The notes below the pieces were generated by a model. That model saw only the letters and a list, made by a program, of their open reading frames with translations, did not search any database and was not told the origin of the DNA. A stretch of 64,000 nt of DNA from an uncultured beta proteobacterium (lineage in GTDB: Bacteria > Pseudomonadota > Gammaproteobacteria > Burkholderiales > Burkholderiaceae_C), in NCBI GenBank assembly GCA_963826695.1, contig CAWGXZ010000007.1:81757-145756 (forward strand). Direction: 5' to 3'. A program made the position numbers and the translations under genes. Positions 32,771 through 41,846 of this stretch are shown piece by piece (the stretch's first letter is position 1; each line of letters starts with the position of its first letter).

Positions 32771-33286
32771 ATGTCCCTCGTCATCGTGATCGCCGCCGTC
32801 GCCCGCAATGGCGTCATCGGCCGGAACAACGCCCTGCCCTGGCACCTGCCCGCCGATCTGCAGCACTTCAAGCGCCACACACTCGGCCGCCCGGTGCTGA
32901 TGGGGCGCAAGACCTTCGAGGCGATCGGCAAGCCGCTGCCGAACCGGCGCAACATCGTGCTGACGCGACAGCCTGCCTGGCAGGCTCCGGGGGTCGAGCG
33001 GGCAGATTCACTCGCCGATGCGCTGCTCCGGGTCGCGCACGAGCCGGTCGCCTGCGTCATTGGCGGCACCGGCCTGTTCGCCGAAGCGCTGCCGGTGGCG
33101 GGTGAACTGCTGCTGACGGAGATCGACGCCGACTTCGAGGGCGACAGCGTGTTCCCGCCATGGCCGCGCGACGCCTTCGACGAGTTGTCTCGCGAAGTGC
33201 ACCGCAGCGACGCGGGCTGGCGCTACGACTTCGCCCGCTACCGGGCAAAGGCGTCCACCTCGTCGAGCTCAGCCAGCGGGGCGTGA
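32771..33286 (+). CDS. folA: Dihydrofolate reductase
   Basis: MSLVIVIAAVARNGVIGRNNALPWHLPADLQHFKRHTLGRPVLMGRKTFEAIG. Confidence 0.92.
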   Translation: MSLVIVIAAVARNGVIGRNNALPWHLPADLQHFKRHTLGRPVLMGRKTFEAIGKPLPNRRNIVLTRQPAWQAPGVERADSLADALLRVAHEPVACVIGGTGLFAEALPVAGELLLTEIDADFEGDSVFPPWPRDAFDELSREVHRSDAGWRYDFARYRAKASTSSSSASGA

Positions 33287-34816
33287 GTCCGCTTCGAGCC
33301 CGAGCTCCTGAATCTTGCGCGTGATGGTGTTGCGGCCGATGCCGAGACGTTGCGCCGCCTCGATGCGCCGGCCGCGCGTCACGTCGAGCGCGGTGACGAT
33401 CAGCCGGGCCTCGAACTGACGCGTCAGCACGTCCCAGACGCCCGCCTCGCCGGCCTGCAGCAGGCGCCGTGTCTCGCGCTCGACATCGCCGAGCCACGGC
33501 GCCGAGTAGGCCTGCGCATCGATCGCCACGTCGTTCTCGGCGCCATCCATGGTGGTGGTTGCCTCGACCGGCGGCAGCGATTCCGCGCCCGGTTGCGCTG
33601 CCAGCGGCGCCACCGCTTCGACGTCCGCCATGCCTGCGCTGCCTGCCCCCGTCGCAGCCGGCGTGACCGCCAGCAACTCCGGCGGCAGATCCTTCGGTTC
33701 GACCACCTGGGCCGGCGCCATCACCGTGATCCAGTGGCAGATGTTCTCGAGCTGGCGGACATTGCCGGGGAATTCGAAATGCAGCAGCTTCGCGATCGCC
33801 GCATCGGTGATCCGCTTGGCATCGACGCCGAGTTCGCGTGCGCTCTTCTGCAGGAAGAAGCGCGTCAGCGCGGGAATGTCTTCGAGCCGTTCCCGCAGCG
33901 CCGGCAGCCGCAGGCGAATGACGTTCAGGCGGTGGAACAGGTCCTCGCGGAAAACGCCCTGCTTGACGCGGTCTTCCAGGTTCTGGTGGGTTGCCGCGAT
34001 CACGCGCACGTTGGCGCGCATCGGGTTGTGCCCGCCGACCCGGTAGAACTGGCCGTCGGAGAGCACCCGCAGCAGGCGCGTCTGCAGGTCGAACGGCATG
34101 TCGCCGATCTCGTCGAGAAAAAGCGTGCCGCCATCCGCCTGCTCGAAGCGGCCGCGGCGGGTGGTCTGCGCGCCGGTGAAGGCGCCGCGTTCGTGGCCGA
34201 ACAGCTCGCTCTCGAGCAGGTCCTTCGGAATCGCCGCGGTGTTGATGGCGACGAACGGACCGCCGGCACGCGGACTGTGCTTGTGCAGGGCCCGTGCGAC
34301 CAGTTCCTTGCCCGAGCCCGACTCGCCGGTGATCATCACCGTGACGATGCTCTGGCTGAGCCGGCCGATGGCGCGGAAGACATCCTGCATGGCAGGCGCC
34401 TGCCCCAGCATCTCGGGCATCTGCGCGGCGCGCTCGTCGGTCACCTGCTCGCGCATGCTCTCTTCGAGCGCGCGGCGGATCAACTCGACCGCCTTGGGTA
34501 CATCGAAGGGCTTCGGCAGGTATTCGAAGGCGCCGCCCTGGAAGGCGCTGACGGCGCTGTCGAGGTCCGAGTACGCCGTCATCACGATCACCGGCAGCGC
34601 CGGAAAGCGTTCCTTGACCTTGGTCAGCAGGTCGATTCCCGAACCACCCGGCATGCGGATGTCCGACACCAGCACCTGCGGCTGGTCGTCGCCGAGGGCG
34701 GCAAGCACGTCACGCGGGTTGGTGAAGCTGCGCACCGCCAGGCCGTCGCGGGCAAGCGCCTTCTCGAGCACGAAGCGGATGGATTGGTCGTCGTCAACGA
34801 TCCAGATGGGTCTCAT
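33269..34816 (-). CDS. ntrC: Nitrogen regulation response regulator NtrC (sigma-54 activator)
   Basis: REC domain (IWIVDDDQSIRFVLEKAL...DIRMPG), AAA+ domain (GESGSGKE...GAFTGA...ELFGHERGAFTGA) and a C-terminal Fis-type helix-turn-helix (AAQRLGIGRNTITRKIQELG). Confidence 0.92.
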   Translation of the reverse strand: MRPIWIVDDDQSIRFVLEKALARDGLAVRSFTNPRDVLAALGDDQPQVLVSDIRMPGGSGIDLLTKVKERFPALPVIVMTAYSDLDSAVSAFQGGAFEYLPKPFDVPKAVELIRRALEESMREQVTDERAAQMPEMLGQAPAMQDVFRAIGRLSQSIVTVMITGESGSGKELVARALHKHSPRAGGPFVAINTAAIPKDLLESELFGHERGAFTGAQTTRRGRFEQADGGTLFLDEIGDMPFDLQTRLLRVLSDGQFYRVGGHNPMRANVRVIAATHQNLEDRVKQGVFREDLFHRLNVIRLRLPALRERLEDIPALTRFFLQKSARELGVDAKRITDAAIAKLLHFEFPGNVRQLENICHWITVMAPAQVVEPKDLPPELLAVTPAATGAGSAGMADVEAVAPLAAQPGAESLPPVEATTTMDGAENDVAIDAQAYSAPWLGDVERETRRLLQAGEAGVWDVLTRQFEARLIVTALDVTRGRRIEAAQRLGIGRNTITRKIQELGLEADSRPAG

Positions 34817-34849
34817 GCGGTCTGCGTGGGTAGCGCCGCTGCCGCCGGA

Positions 34850-35953
34850 TCACGGTAGCGGCATGACGATTCGGAAAACAGTGCGGCCGGGTGCACTGTC
34901 GCATTCGATGCTGCCGTGGTGTTGCTGGACGAAGGTTTGGGCGAGCGTCAAACCGAGCCCCGAGCCACTGGCCCGACCCGACACCAGGGGATAGAAGATG
35001 CGGTCCCGGATATCGGCCGGAATACCGGGGCCGTTGTCCTCGACATGCAATTCCAGTGCCAGTCGCCAGCGGCGCTTGCCCAGCGTCACCTGGCGAGCGA
35101 TGCGCGTGCGCATGATGATTTGGGCGTCGCCTTGCTGGATGCGATCCGAAAGTGCCTGCGCGGCGTTGTGGGCGATGTTCAAAACCGCCTGGATCAGTTG
35201 CTCGCGGTCGCCGCGGAACTCGGGAATCGAGGTGTCGTAATCGCGCGCGATTCGCAAGCCGCGCGGGAACTCGGCCAGGATCAGCGAGCGCACGCGTTCG
35301 CTGACCTCGTGGATGTTGACCTCGCCGACGACATGCGGCTTGCGGTGCGGCGCCAGCAGCCGGTCGACCAGCGCCTGCAGCCGGTCGGCCTCGTTGATGA
35401 TGACCTGGGTGTATTCGGTCAGCTCGCGGCTGTCGACCTCCATTTCGAGAAGCTGGGCCGCACCCCGGATGCCGCCGAGCGGATTCTTGATCTCGTGTGC
35501 AAGGTTGCGGATCAGCTCCTTGGTCGCCTGGGCCTGGTCGTGGGCACGCTCCTCGCGGTCCTGGCGGGTCTGCGCTTCGATCTCGATCAGCTCGACCAGC
35601 AGCAAGGGGGTACCGTCCATCTGGTTGACGAGCACGTGGACCGGAACCGACTCGCCCGCGGCACCCATCAGGCGGCGCAGCTGGCCATCGAGCCTGCTGG
35701 TGGCGAAGACGTTGCGGGAAACCGCTGCCACCGTGTCGCGGATCGGCCGCGGATCGACGAACCAGTCGTAGAGCATGCCGCCCTGGACGTTGCGCCGCGA
35801 GAGCCCGACCACCTGCTCGAAGGCCGCATTGGCGAAGACGCATTCGCCGCGGTCGGTGATGATCGTGACCATCGTTGCCAGATGGTCGAAGGCCACGAAT
35901 GTTGCGAAGGGTTCGAGGGCAGCCTGCACGGCTGGCGGCGCCCGCCGTGTCAC
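34850..35953 (-). CDS. ntrB: Nitrogen regulation sensor histidine kinase NtrB
   Basis: A PAS-like N-terminus, then the H-box LAHEIKNPLGGIRGAAQLL, the N-box NIAHNAAQA and the G-boxes DNGPGI and GSGLGL. The GTG start overlaps the upstream stop. Confidence 0.9.
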   Translation of the reverse strand: MTRRAPPAVQAALEPFATFVAFDHLATMVTIITDRGECVFANAAFEQVVGLSRRNVQGGMLYDWFVDPRPIRDTVAAVSRNVFATSRLDGQLRRLMGAAGESVPVHVLVNQMDGTPLLLVELIEIEAQTRQDREERAHDQAQATKELIRNLAHEIKNPLGGIRGAAQLLEMEVDSRELTEYTQVIINEADRLQALVDRLLAPHRKPHVVGEVNIHEVSERVRSLILAEFPRGLRIARDYDTSIPEFRGDREQLIQAVLNIAHNAAQALSDRIQQGDAQIIMRTRIARQVTLGKRRWRLALELHVEDNGPGIPADIRDRIFYPLVSGRASGSGLGLTLAQTFVQQHHGSIECDSAPGRTVFRIVMPLP

Positions 35954-36492
35954 GACGGCGGCAGCTTGGCGAGTTCGCGCTTCAGCGCCGCGATGTCGCT
36001 TTCCTTGCGCGCAATGCCCGTCTTCAGATCACTGACCCGGTCGAGGTACTTCTGGTAGTTGCGCTCGTCGCCGCGCCGCTCGGGTTCGCCGCCGTTGAAT
36101 TCGCGACGAAGCTCGGCCAGCGCCTGCTCCTCGCGGCGCATTTCGTCTTCGAGAATGGCGCGGCGGTCGCTGTCACGCGCGCGCTGGATGCTGGGACTGA
36201 TGCGCTCGACCGGCAGCGTGCTTGCGCCGGTGGAGCTCGTCGCCGCGGCGACACCGGCTGCTGGCGCTGCAGGTGCGCGGGGGCGCGGCGACTGGATGAC
36301 CGTGATCGGCGTGCCCTCGAGCGTGCGGCAACCCTTGTCGCGGGCTTCCTTGCTCGACAGCGCGTCGGTGTAGAGCACCGGATTGCCCGGGCAGCGGTAG
36401 ACCACCGTCCCTTGAGCCGACACGCTGCCAGCCGCAGCGGCCAATGCAAGCGCGAACCCTGCGACGCTGCGCCACCCGCACGATCGATGCAT
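35950..36492 (-). CDS. DUF4124-like secreted protein
   Basis: A signal peptide (FALALAAAAGSVSAQG) precedes VVYRCPGNPVLYTD, with a coiled-coil tail. Only the last 181 codons of the 522-aa track ORF look coding. It sits between glnA and ntrB. Confidence 0.65.
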   Translation of the reverse strand: MHRSCGWRSVAGFALALAAAAGSVSAQGTVVYRCPGNPVLYTDALSSKEARDKGCRTLEGTPITVIQSPRPRAPAAPAAGVAAATSSTGASTLPVERISPSIQRARDSDRRAILEDEMRREEQALAELRREFNGGEPERRGDERNYQKYLDRVSDLKTGIARKESDIAALKRELAKLPPS

Positions 36493-36632
36493 CAACTCAG
36501 CCCTTTCATGCAGCCCGGCTGCAAGCTCCCGCACCGCTCCGGCTGCCACCCCGGCGATTGTCACCGAAGCGCCTGGCTCGCGACGGTGCAGCCAGCTCCC
36601 GGCGCCAGGGTGCCCGACGCACCAGCTGCATG

Positions 36633-36657
36633 AAAAAAGGACAGCCGGAGCTGTCCC
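36633..36657 (-). terminator. Rho-independent terminator downstream of glnA
   Basis: The minus strand reads GGACAGC-tccg-GCTGTCC followed by TTTTTT. It lies 40-60 nt past the glnA stop. Confidence 0.7.
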
Positions 36658-36695
36658 TTTCATGTCGCGCGGCGCGGCGGCGCCGCACCCGGGAA

Positions 36696-38117
36696 TCAGA
36701 GGCTGTAGTACATGTCGAACTCGACCGGATGCGTGGTCATGCGGAAGCGCTGCACCTCCTGCATCTTGAGCTCGATGTAGGCGTCGATGTACGAATCGGT
36801 AAAGACGCCGCCCTTGGTCAGGAAGCCGCGCTCGCGGTCGAGGTACTCGAGCGCCTGGTCGAGGCTGTGGCAGACCGTCGGGATCAGCTTGTCTTCCTCC
36901 GGCGGCAGGTGGTAGAGGTCCTTGCTGGCCGCTTCGCCCGGATGGATCTTGTTTTCCACACCGTCGAGGCCGGCCATCAGCAGCGCCGAGAAGCCGAGGT
37001 ACGGATTCATCATCGGATCGGGGAAGCGCGCCTCGACGCGGCGGCCCTTCGGATTCGAGACGAACGGAATGCGGATCGACGCCGAGCGGTTCTTGGCCGA
37101 ATAGGCCAGCTTGACCGGCGCCTCGTAGCCCGGAACCAGCCGCTTGTAGCTGTTGGTCGTCGGGTTGGTGATGGCGTTGAGCGCCCGGCCGTGCTTGATG
37201 ATGCCGCCGATGTAGTACAGCGCGAATTCCGACAGACCGGCATAGCCGTCGCCTGCGAACAGGTTCTTGCCGTCCTTCCACACCGACTGGTGGACGTGCA
37301 TGCCCGAGCCGTTGTCGCCGACGATCGGCTTCGGCATGAAGGTCACCGTCTTGCCGTACGAGTGCGCGACGTTCTGCAGCACATATTTCTGCAGCTGCGA
37401 CCAGTCGGCACGCTGCAGCAGCGTGGCGAACTTGGTGCCGATCTCCATCTGCCCGGCGTTGGCGACCTCGTGGTGATGGACCTCGACCGGGATGCCCATC
37501 GACTCGAGCACCAGGCACATCTCGGAGCGCAGGTCCTGCCCCGAGTCGACCGGCGGCGTCGGGAAGTAGCCACCCTTGACGGTCGGCCGGTAGCCCGAAT
37601 TGCCGTGCTCGTACTCCTTGCCGGTGTTCCAGGAGGCCTCTTCGGACTCGACCTTGACGAAGCAGCCCGACATGTCGACGTTCCAGCGCACGCTGTCGAA
37701 GACGAAGAATTCGGGCTCGGGGCCGAAGAAGGCGGTGTCGCCAAGGCCTGACGACTTGAGGTAGGCCTCGGCGCGCTTGGCCAGCGAGCGCGGATCGCGC
37801 TCGTAGGCCTTGCCGTCGGCCGGCTCGAGCACGTCGCAGGTCATGATGATCGTCGACTCCTCGAAGAAGGGGTCGATGTTGGCGGTGTTCGGATCGGGCA
37901 TCAGCAGCATGTCCGACGCCTCGATGCCCTTCCAGCCGGCGATCGACGAGCCGTCGAAGGCATGGCCCGAAACGAACTTGTCTTCGTCGAAGTGCGAAAC
38001 CGGCACGGTGACGTGTTGCTCCTTGCCGCGCGTGTCGGTGAAGCGGAAGTCGACGAACTTGACTTCACTTTCCTTCACCATCTTCATCACGTCGGCGACG
38101 GTCTTGGCTGCCATCAA
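36696..38117 (-). CDS. glnA: Glutamine synthetase type I
   Basis: [19 protein letters not shown]...[17 protein letters not shown]...[10 protein letters not shown]...NPYL (adenylylation Tyr loop). AGGAG lies 7 nt upstream of the ATG. Confidence 0.95.
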   Translation of the reverse strand: MMAAKTVADVMKMVKESEVKFVDFRFTDTRGKEQHVTVPVSHFDEDKFVSGHAFDGSSIAGWKGIEASDMLLMPDPNTANIDPFFEESTIIMTCDVLEPADGKAYERDPRSLAKRAEAYLKSSGLGDTAFFGPEPEFFVFDSVRWNVDMSGCFVKVESEEASWNTGKEYEHGNSGYRPTVKGGYFPTPPVDSGQDLRSEMCLVLESMGIPVEVHHHEVANAGQMEIGTKFATLLQRADWSQLQKYVLQNVAHSYGKTVTFMPKPIVGDNGSGMHVHQSVWKDGKNLFAGDGYAGLSEFALYYIGGIIKHGRALNAITNPTTNSYKRLVPGYEAPVKLAYSAKNRSASIRIPFVSNPKGRRVEARFPDPMMNPYLGFSALLMAGLDGVENKIHPGEAASKDLYHLPPEEDKLIPTVCHSLDQALEYLDRERGFLTKGGVFTDSYIDAYIELKMQEVQRFRMTTHPVEFDMYYSL

Positions 38118-38206
38118 TTACTCCTGAGGGATTTACGTGGGATGTCGATCGTTAACCGGACGCGCTGCATCCCGGTGCGCGCTGGGCGCGGCTGGGATGG
38201 CAACGA

Positions 38207-38223
38207 ATGCACGATCCATGCCG
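38207..38223 (-). promoter_or_regulatory. Candidate sigma-54 (-24/-12) promoter for glnA
   Basis: The minus strand reads CGGCAT-ggatc-GTGCA, with GG and GC at the consensus spacing of TGGCAC-N5-TTGC. It lies about 90 nt upstream of the glnA ATG. Confidence 0.4.
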
Positions 38224-38308
38224 AAAGAAAGCGACCGCGAACCGGGTGGTGCTCATCGCTGAGGATCGATCGCCGGGCGCGAAAAGCGGCGTCGTCGAAA
38301 TAAGAGGA

Positions 38309-38355
38309 ACGCACCTTTAAAGTGCGCCATGCTATCAGCGCACCAATTCAGGGCC
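38309..38355. promoter_or_regulatory. Candidate NtrC enhancer sites upstream of the glnA promoter
   Basis: CGCACC-TTTAA-AGTGCG nearly matches GCACC-N5-GGTGC. A GTGCGC-N10-GCGCAC inverted repeat overlaps it. A weaker GCACCAATTCAGGGC follows. The sites are centred roughly 100-140 nt upstream of the proposed promoter. Confidence 0.4.
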
Positions 38356-39171
38356 CATCTTCGCACCAACAGCGATCAGGCCGGTTTTGAGTGCCTGGAA
38401 GGCGGCGTCGAGCGAGTCTGCGTCGCCCTTCACGCCCAGGTCGATATGACGGCCCCATTGCGGATGGTCGACGCTGGGCAGGCTGAAGACCTTGATGCCC
38501 GCGAACTTCGCCTCGATTTCCTCCATCAGCGGCGTGAGCGCAGCTTCCATGGCACCGAAGACGATGACCGAGCGCTCGCTGGTTGCCGGGGCTCGCTGCG
38601 CGTCCTGGTAGTGCGTGTCGAGGACCCATTCGATCATCGGCCACGCCATGACGGGAAAACCCGGCACGAAGTAGACGCCGCCGGGCGCGCCGTCGGGCGA
38701 CGGCGCCGGTGCCCGGATCGCGAATCCGGCAATCTTGTTGTACGGGTTCGGGATGATCTCTGCGCCGCTCGGAAAGACGCCCATGTTGAGCCGGTGCACG
38801 TTGTCCTCGCGATCGGGATCGAAGCTCGCTCCGCTCTCGGCAGCCACATCGCGCATGCGCTCGATGATCAGGTCGCGTGCCTGCGGATGCAGTGCCAGTT
38901 CCACCCCGAGCGCCCGTGCCGCGCACTGGCGCGTGTGGTCATCGGGGGTCGCACCGATGCCGCCGCACGAGAAAACCACCTCGCCGCGCCCGGCTGCGGC
39001 AAATGCATCGCGCAGATCGGCGGTGATGCGCTCGGGGTCGTCGCCGACGTAGCGGGCCCAGGTGAGCGCCAGGCCGCGAGCGCCGAGGAGTTCGATCACC
39101 TTGGGCAGGTGTTTGTCGGCGCGTCGTCCGGAAAGGATTTCGTCGCCGATGATGAGCAGGCCGAAGTTCAT
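38335..39171 (-). CDS. CinA-N-like molybdopterin-binding (MoCF_biosynth) domain protein
   Basis: MNFGLLIIGDEILSGRRADKHLPKVIELL...FSCGGIGATPDDHT. Only the last 279 codons of the 588-aa track ORF belong to it. ATGA overlap with the upstream gene. Confidence 0.75.
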   Translation of the reverse strand: MNFGLLIIGDEILSGRRADKHLPKVIELLGARGLALTWARYVGDDPERITADLRDAFAAAGRGEVVFSCGGIGATPDDHTRQCAARALGVELALHPQARDLIIERMRDVAAESGASFDPDREDNVHRLNMGVFPSGAEIIPNPYNKIAGFAIRAPAPSPDGAPGGVYFVPGFPVMAWPMIEWVLDTHYQDAQRAPATSERSVIVFGAMEAALTPLMEEIEAKFAGIKVFSLPSVDHPQWGRHIDLGVKGDADSLDAAFQALKTGLIAVGAKMGPELVR

Positions 39172-40028
39172 GTGGAGGGGGCAACCGGAAGGACAGGGTT
39201 CGACGCCATGCGCACCGGCGGGACGGCGCCGGTGCGCGGCGTATCGGCCGCGCGCAGCGCTTCGAGCGCAGCCAGTGCGTAGTGGGTGAACCAGAGCGCC
39301 GAAAAGGCGAAGACGAACGTGTAGATCCAGATCGCCAGCGGCACCAGCAACGGTGCCAGGGCGATGAAGAGAAGCGCCGAGGCCCAGACCACGCTCGGCG
39401 CCGCACCGAGGTAGCCGCAAATGATGCCCATCAACAGCAGCGACGAGCGATGGCTTCGCATCAACTGCTCGCGCTCGGCAGCGCTGGCGTGCTCTGCAAG
39501 CACGTCGTAACTCATCACCCGGTAGGTCAGCCAGCCCCAGATCAGCGGCGGCACGATCAGCACCAGCGGCGGAATGAACCACAGCGGCACGCTCAACAGC
39601 AGCACCAGCACGGCCAGCAGACTGGCCCCGACGGCACCGAAGGCGCCGGCAACGAACGAGCCGCCGCGCAGCCGTTGCAGGCCCGGGAAGCGCCGCTGCT
39701 CGACCAGCCGCACCAGCGCCGGCACAACAGCCGTTGCGACCACCAGCAGGGCCACCAGCACCATCAGCGGCGTTGCGAACAGCACCAGCAGCAGCGGTGC
39801 CAGCACACCGTCCATTCCCATGCCGGCGAGCCAGCCATCCAGGCTGGACAGGATCCACCACGAAGACAGCCCCGACTGCAGCGCCGCCAGCGCGGGCCGC
39901 CAGCCGAAGTAGCCGATGCCGAGCGCCGCGAGGCTCATCACGAGCAGCGGCAGGAGCGTCAGGCCGATAACCCGCGGCAGCAGGCAATAGGCCGCAGCGC
40001 GCCAGAACGAGTCGACCACCGGTTTCAT
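39168..40028 (-). CDS. EI24/CysZ-like integral membrane protein
   Basis: 286 aa with several hydrophobic helices (LLPRVIGLTLLPLLVMSLAALGIGYF, PLLLVLFATPLMVLVALLVVA, LWFIPPLVLIVPPLIWGW). The family assignment is from memory of EI24-domain proteins. Confidence 0.6.
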   Translation of the reverse strand: MKPVVDSFWRAAAYCLLPRVIGLTLLPLLVMSLAALGIGYFGWRPALAALQSGLSSWWILSSLDGWLAGMGMDGVLAPLLLVLFATPLMVLVALLVVATAVVPALVRLVEQRRFPGLQRLRGGSFVAGAFGAVGASLLAVLVLLLSVPLWFIPPLVLIVPPLIWGWLTYRVMSYDVLAEHASAAEREQLMRSHRSSLLLMGIICGYLGAAPSVVWASALLFIALAPLLVPLAIWIYTFVFAFSALWFTHYALAALEALRAADTPRTGAVPPVRMASNPVLPVAPST

Positions 40029-40064
40029 CGGCGGGGAGGATACCCGAGGGTTCGGCGCCGGGAC

Positions 40065-41054
40065 TCAGCCGCGCCCGGCCAGGCGCAGCAGGCCCTGCCA
40101 CTGCTGCGACCAGAATCCGTGCCCGTAGTCGCGTCCGCCGTGTTCCGGCAGCTGATCGCGGATGCCGGTGGCGTCGAAGCGGCGCTCGAAATTGGCGGTG
40201 CCGAACAACACGTCCCAGAACGGAAACAGCACCGCGAAATTGTGCCCGCCGAGGCTGCCGGCGCCGCGCGATTCATGGCCGAGTCCGATGCTGTGATGCA
40301 GGCGGTGAAACCGCGGGCTGACGAGCAGGCGCTCGCCCAGGCTGCCGAAACCGATCCGCAGGTTGCCGTGGGAAAAGCTCTCGACCAGCTGGGTAAGGGC
40401 CACCAGGGCGACAAATTGTCCGGGCGGCACGCCAATGAGGTGCGCGAGCAAAACCAGCAGGCTGTCGCGAAGCAGGTCGTCGAGCAGGTGATTGCGGTTG
40501 TCGCTCCAGACGGTCATCTGGCGCTGGCTGTGGTGCAGCGCGTGCAGCGCCCACCACCAGCGCAGGCCGTGCTGACCGCGGTGCAGCCAGTAGTCGGCGA
40601 AGTCGAAGACCAGCAGATACGCCGCAAATGCAAACCAGGCTGTGTCGCTGACCCCGGGCCAGAGCGGCGCCAGCTGCGCGTCGAGCTGCCAGGCCGTGGC
40701 GCCGAGCATCCGCGCCTGGCCGACCAGTGCATTCCAGAGCGGATCGACGACGAAGAACAGCCCCAGCCGGAACAACCCGAGCCGGTGCAGCAGCGTGTAC
40801 ACCATGTCCTCGCGCACGGCGGCACGGTCTGTCACCGGCTCGGCCGGCCACCGCCGTTCGAGCGGCTGGAAGACCAGCACGAGCACCAGCAGCTGGAGGA
40901 GGCCGACGAGCAGCCAGCCGGTTGCTGCGAAGCCGTCCTCGAGCAAGTTGCCCTGGCCGGCAGCGAAAAGCAGCGGCTGGACCAGCCCTTCGAAAAGCCC
41001 CTGCTGAAGCCCGTCGAAGCCTGCCACCAGCCAGTCGATCAGCGCCTCGACCAC
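40065..41054 (-). CDS. Fatty-acid hydroxylase/sterol desaturase family membrane protein
   Basis: Histidine boxes HRGQH...HALHH...HRLHH, several TM segments, and a GTG start. Confidence 0.75.
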   Translation of the reverse strand: MVEALIDWLVAGFDGLQQGLFEGLVQPLLFAAGQGNLLEDGFAATGWLLVGLLQLLVLVLVFQPLERRWPAEPVTDRAAVREDMVYTLLHRLGLFRLGLFFVVDPLWNALVGQARMLGATAWQLDAQLAPLWPGVSDTAWFAFAAYLLVFDFADYWLHRGQHGLRWWWALHALHHSQRQMTVWSDNRNHLLDDLLRDSLLVLLAHLIGVPPGQFVALVALTQLVESFSHGNLRIGFGSLGERLLVSPRFHRLHHSIGLGHESRGAGSLGGHNFAVLFPFWDVLFGTANFERRFDATGIRDQLPEHGGRDYGHGFWSQQWQGLLRLAGRG

Positions 41055-41060
41055 GGCCTC

Positions 41061-41846
41061 TCAGCGGATGAACAGGTTGCGATAGGCCGGATGCTCGCGC
41101 AGCGTCGCGAAGCAGAATCCACGCGCCTTCAGGCCGACGATCAGCGGCTCCAGCACCGCGGGCGCCCAGGGTTCGCGACGTGACCAGATGCCCAGATGCG
41201 CAAGCAGGATGTCGCCCTGGCGCACGTCGCGCAGCGCGCGCTCGAGCAACATCCGGTTCGGATATTTTTCGCTCGGCAATTCGTCGCCGAGGAAGCCGGC
41301 CGGACTCCAGCCGACATGGTGCCAGCCGCACGCCTGGGCCGCCGCCAGCAGCACTGGCGAGGTCTTGCCACCGGGTGCGCGGAACAGCGGCGCCATCTTC
41401 TGGCCGGTCATGGCGTGAAATCGGTCTGCCGGCTGCTGCAGCGCCGCACAGTACCGGGCCGCGCTCCAGTCGAACGTGCGGCCCGCCTCGGGCCCCGCGC
41501 TCGGCCGAACCCTGAAGCCGCCTGGCAGGTCGGCAAGCCAATGCGCATGGTCGAATGTGTGCGAGGCAAAGACGTGGCCCTCGGCAGCACGCGCCTTCCA
41601 CCACGGCGCCCAGCTGTCGTCGAGGCTGCTGCCGCCGTTCAGCGTGCGCTCGTTGGCGAGGAAGAAAGTCGCACGAATCTGCTGTCGGGCCAGCACGTCG
41701 GCGAACAACGGCGCCACGCCCATGTGCCCGGTGTCGATGGTGAGGTAGATCGGCTTGTCGCCGCTGCCGTTGCCGCAAACCGCGGCCGCGACGAGCACGG
41801 GTGCGGCCGCGACCAGCGCCAGCAGGACGCTAGCGACGCGGCGCAT
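41061..41846 (-). CDS. Polysaccharide deacetylase (NodB-like) family protein, secreted
   Basis: A signal peptide (MRRVASVLLALVAAAPVLVAAAVC) precedes LTIDTGHMG...ATFFLANE...SHTFDH. Start trimmed to ATG 41846. Confidence 0.7.
   Translation of the reverse strand: MRRVASVLLALVAAAPVLVAAAVCGNGSGDKPIYLTIDTGHMGVAPLFADVLARQQIRATFFLANERTLNGGSSLDDSWAPWWKARAAEGHVFASHTFDHAHWLADLPGGFRVRPSAGPEAGRTFDWSAARYCAALQQPADRFHAMTGQKMAPLFRAPGGKTSPVLLAAAQACGWHHVGWSPAGFLGDELPSEKYPNRMLLERALRDVRQGDILLAHLGIWSRREPWAPAVLEPLIVGLKARGFCFATLREHPAYRNLFIR

Noticed and set aside
36493-36632. NtrC-like half-sites (GGTGCAGCCAGC, GCACCAGCTGCA) upstream of the DUF4124-ntrB-ntrC genes
   Set aside because: These are isolated half-sites without the GCACC-N5-GGTGC dyad, and no convincing -24/-12 or -35/-10 element lies next to them. 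The evidence is too weak to call.
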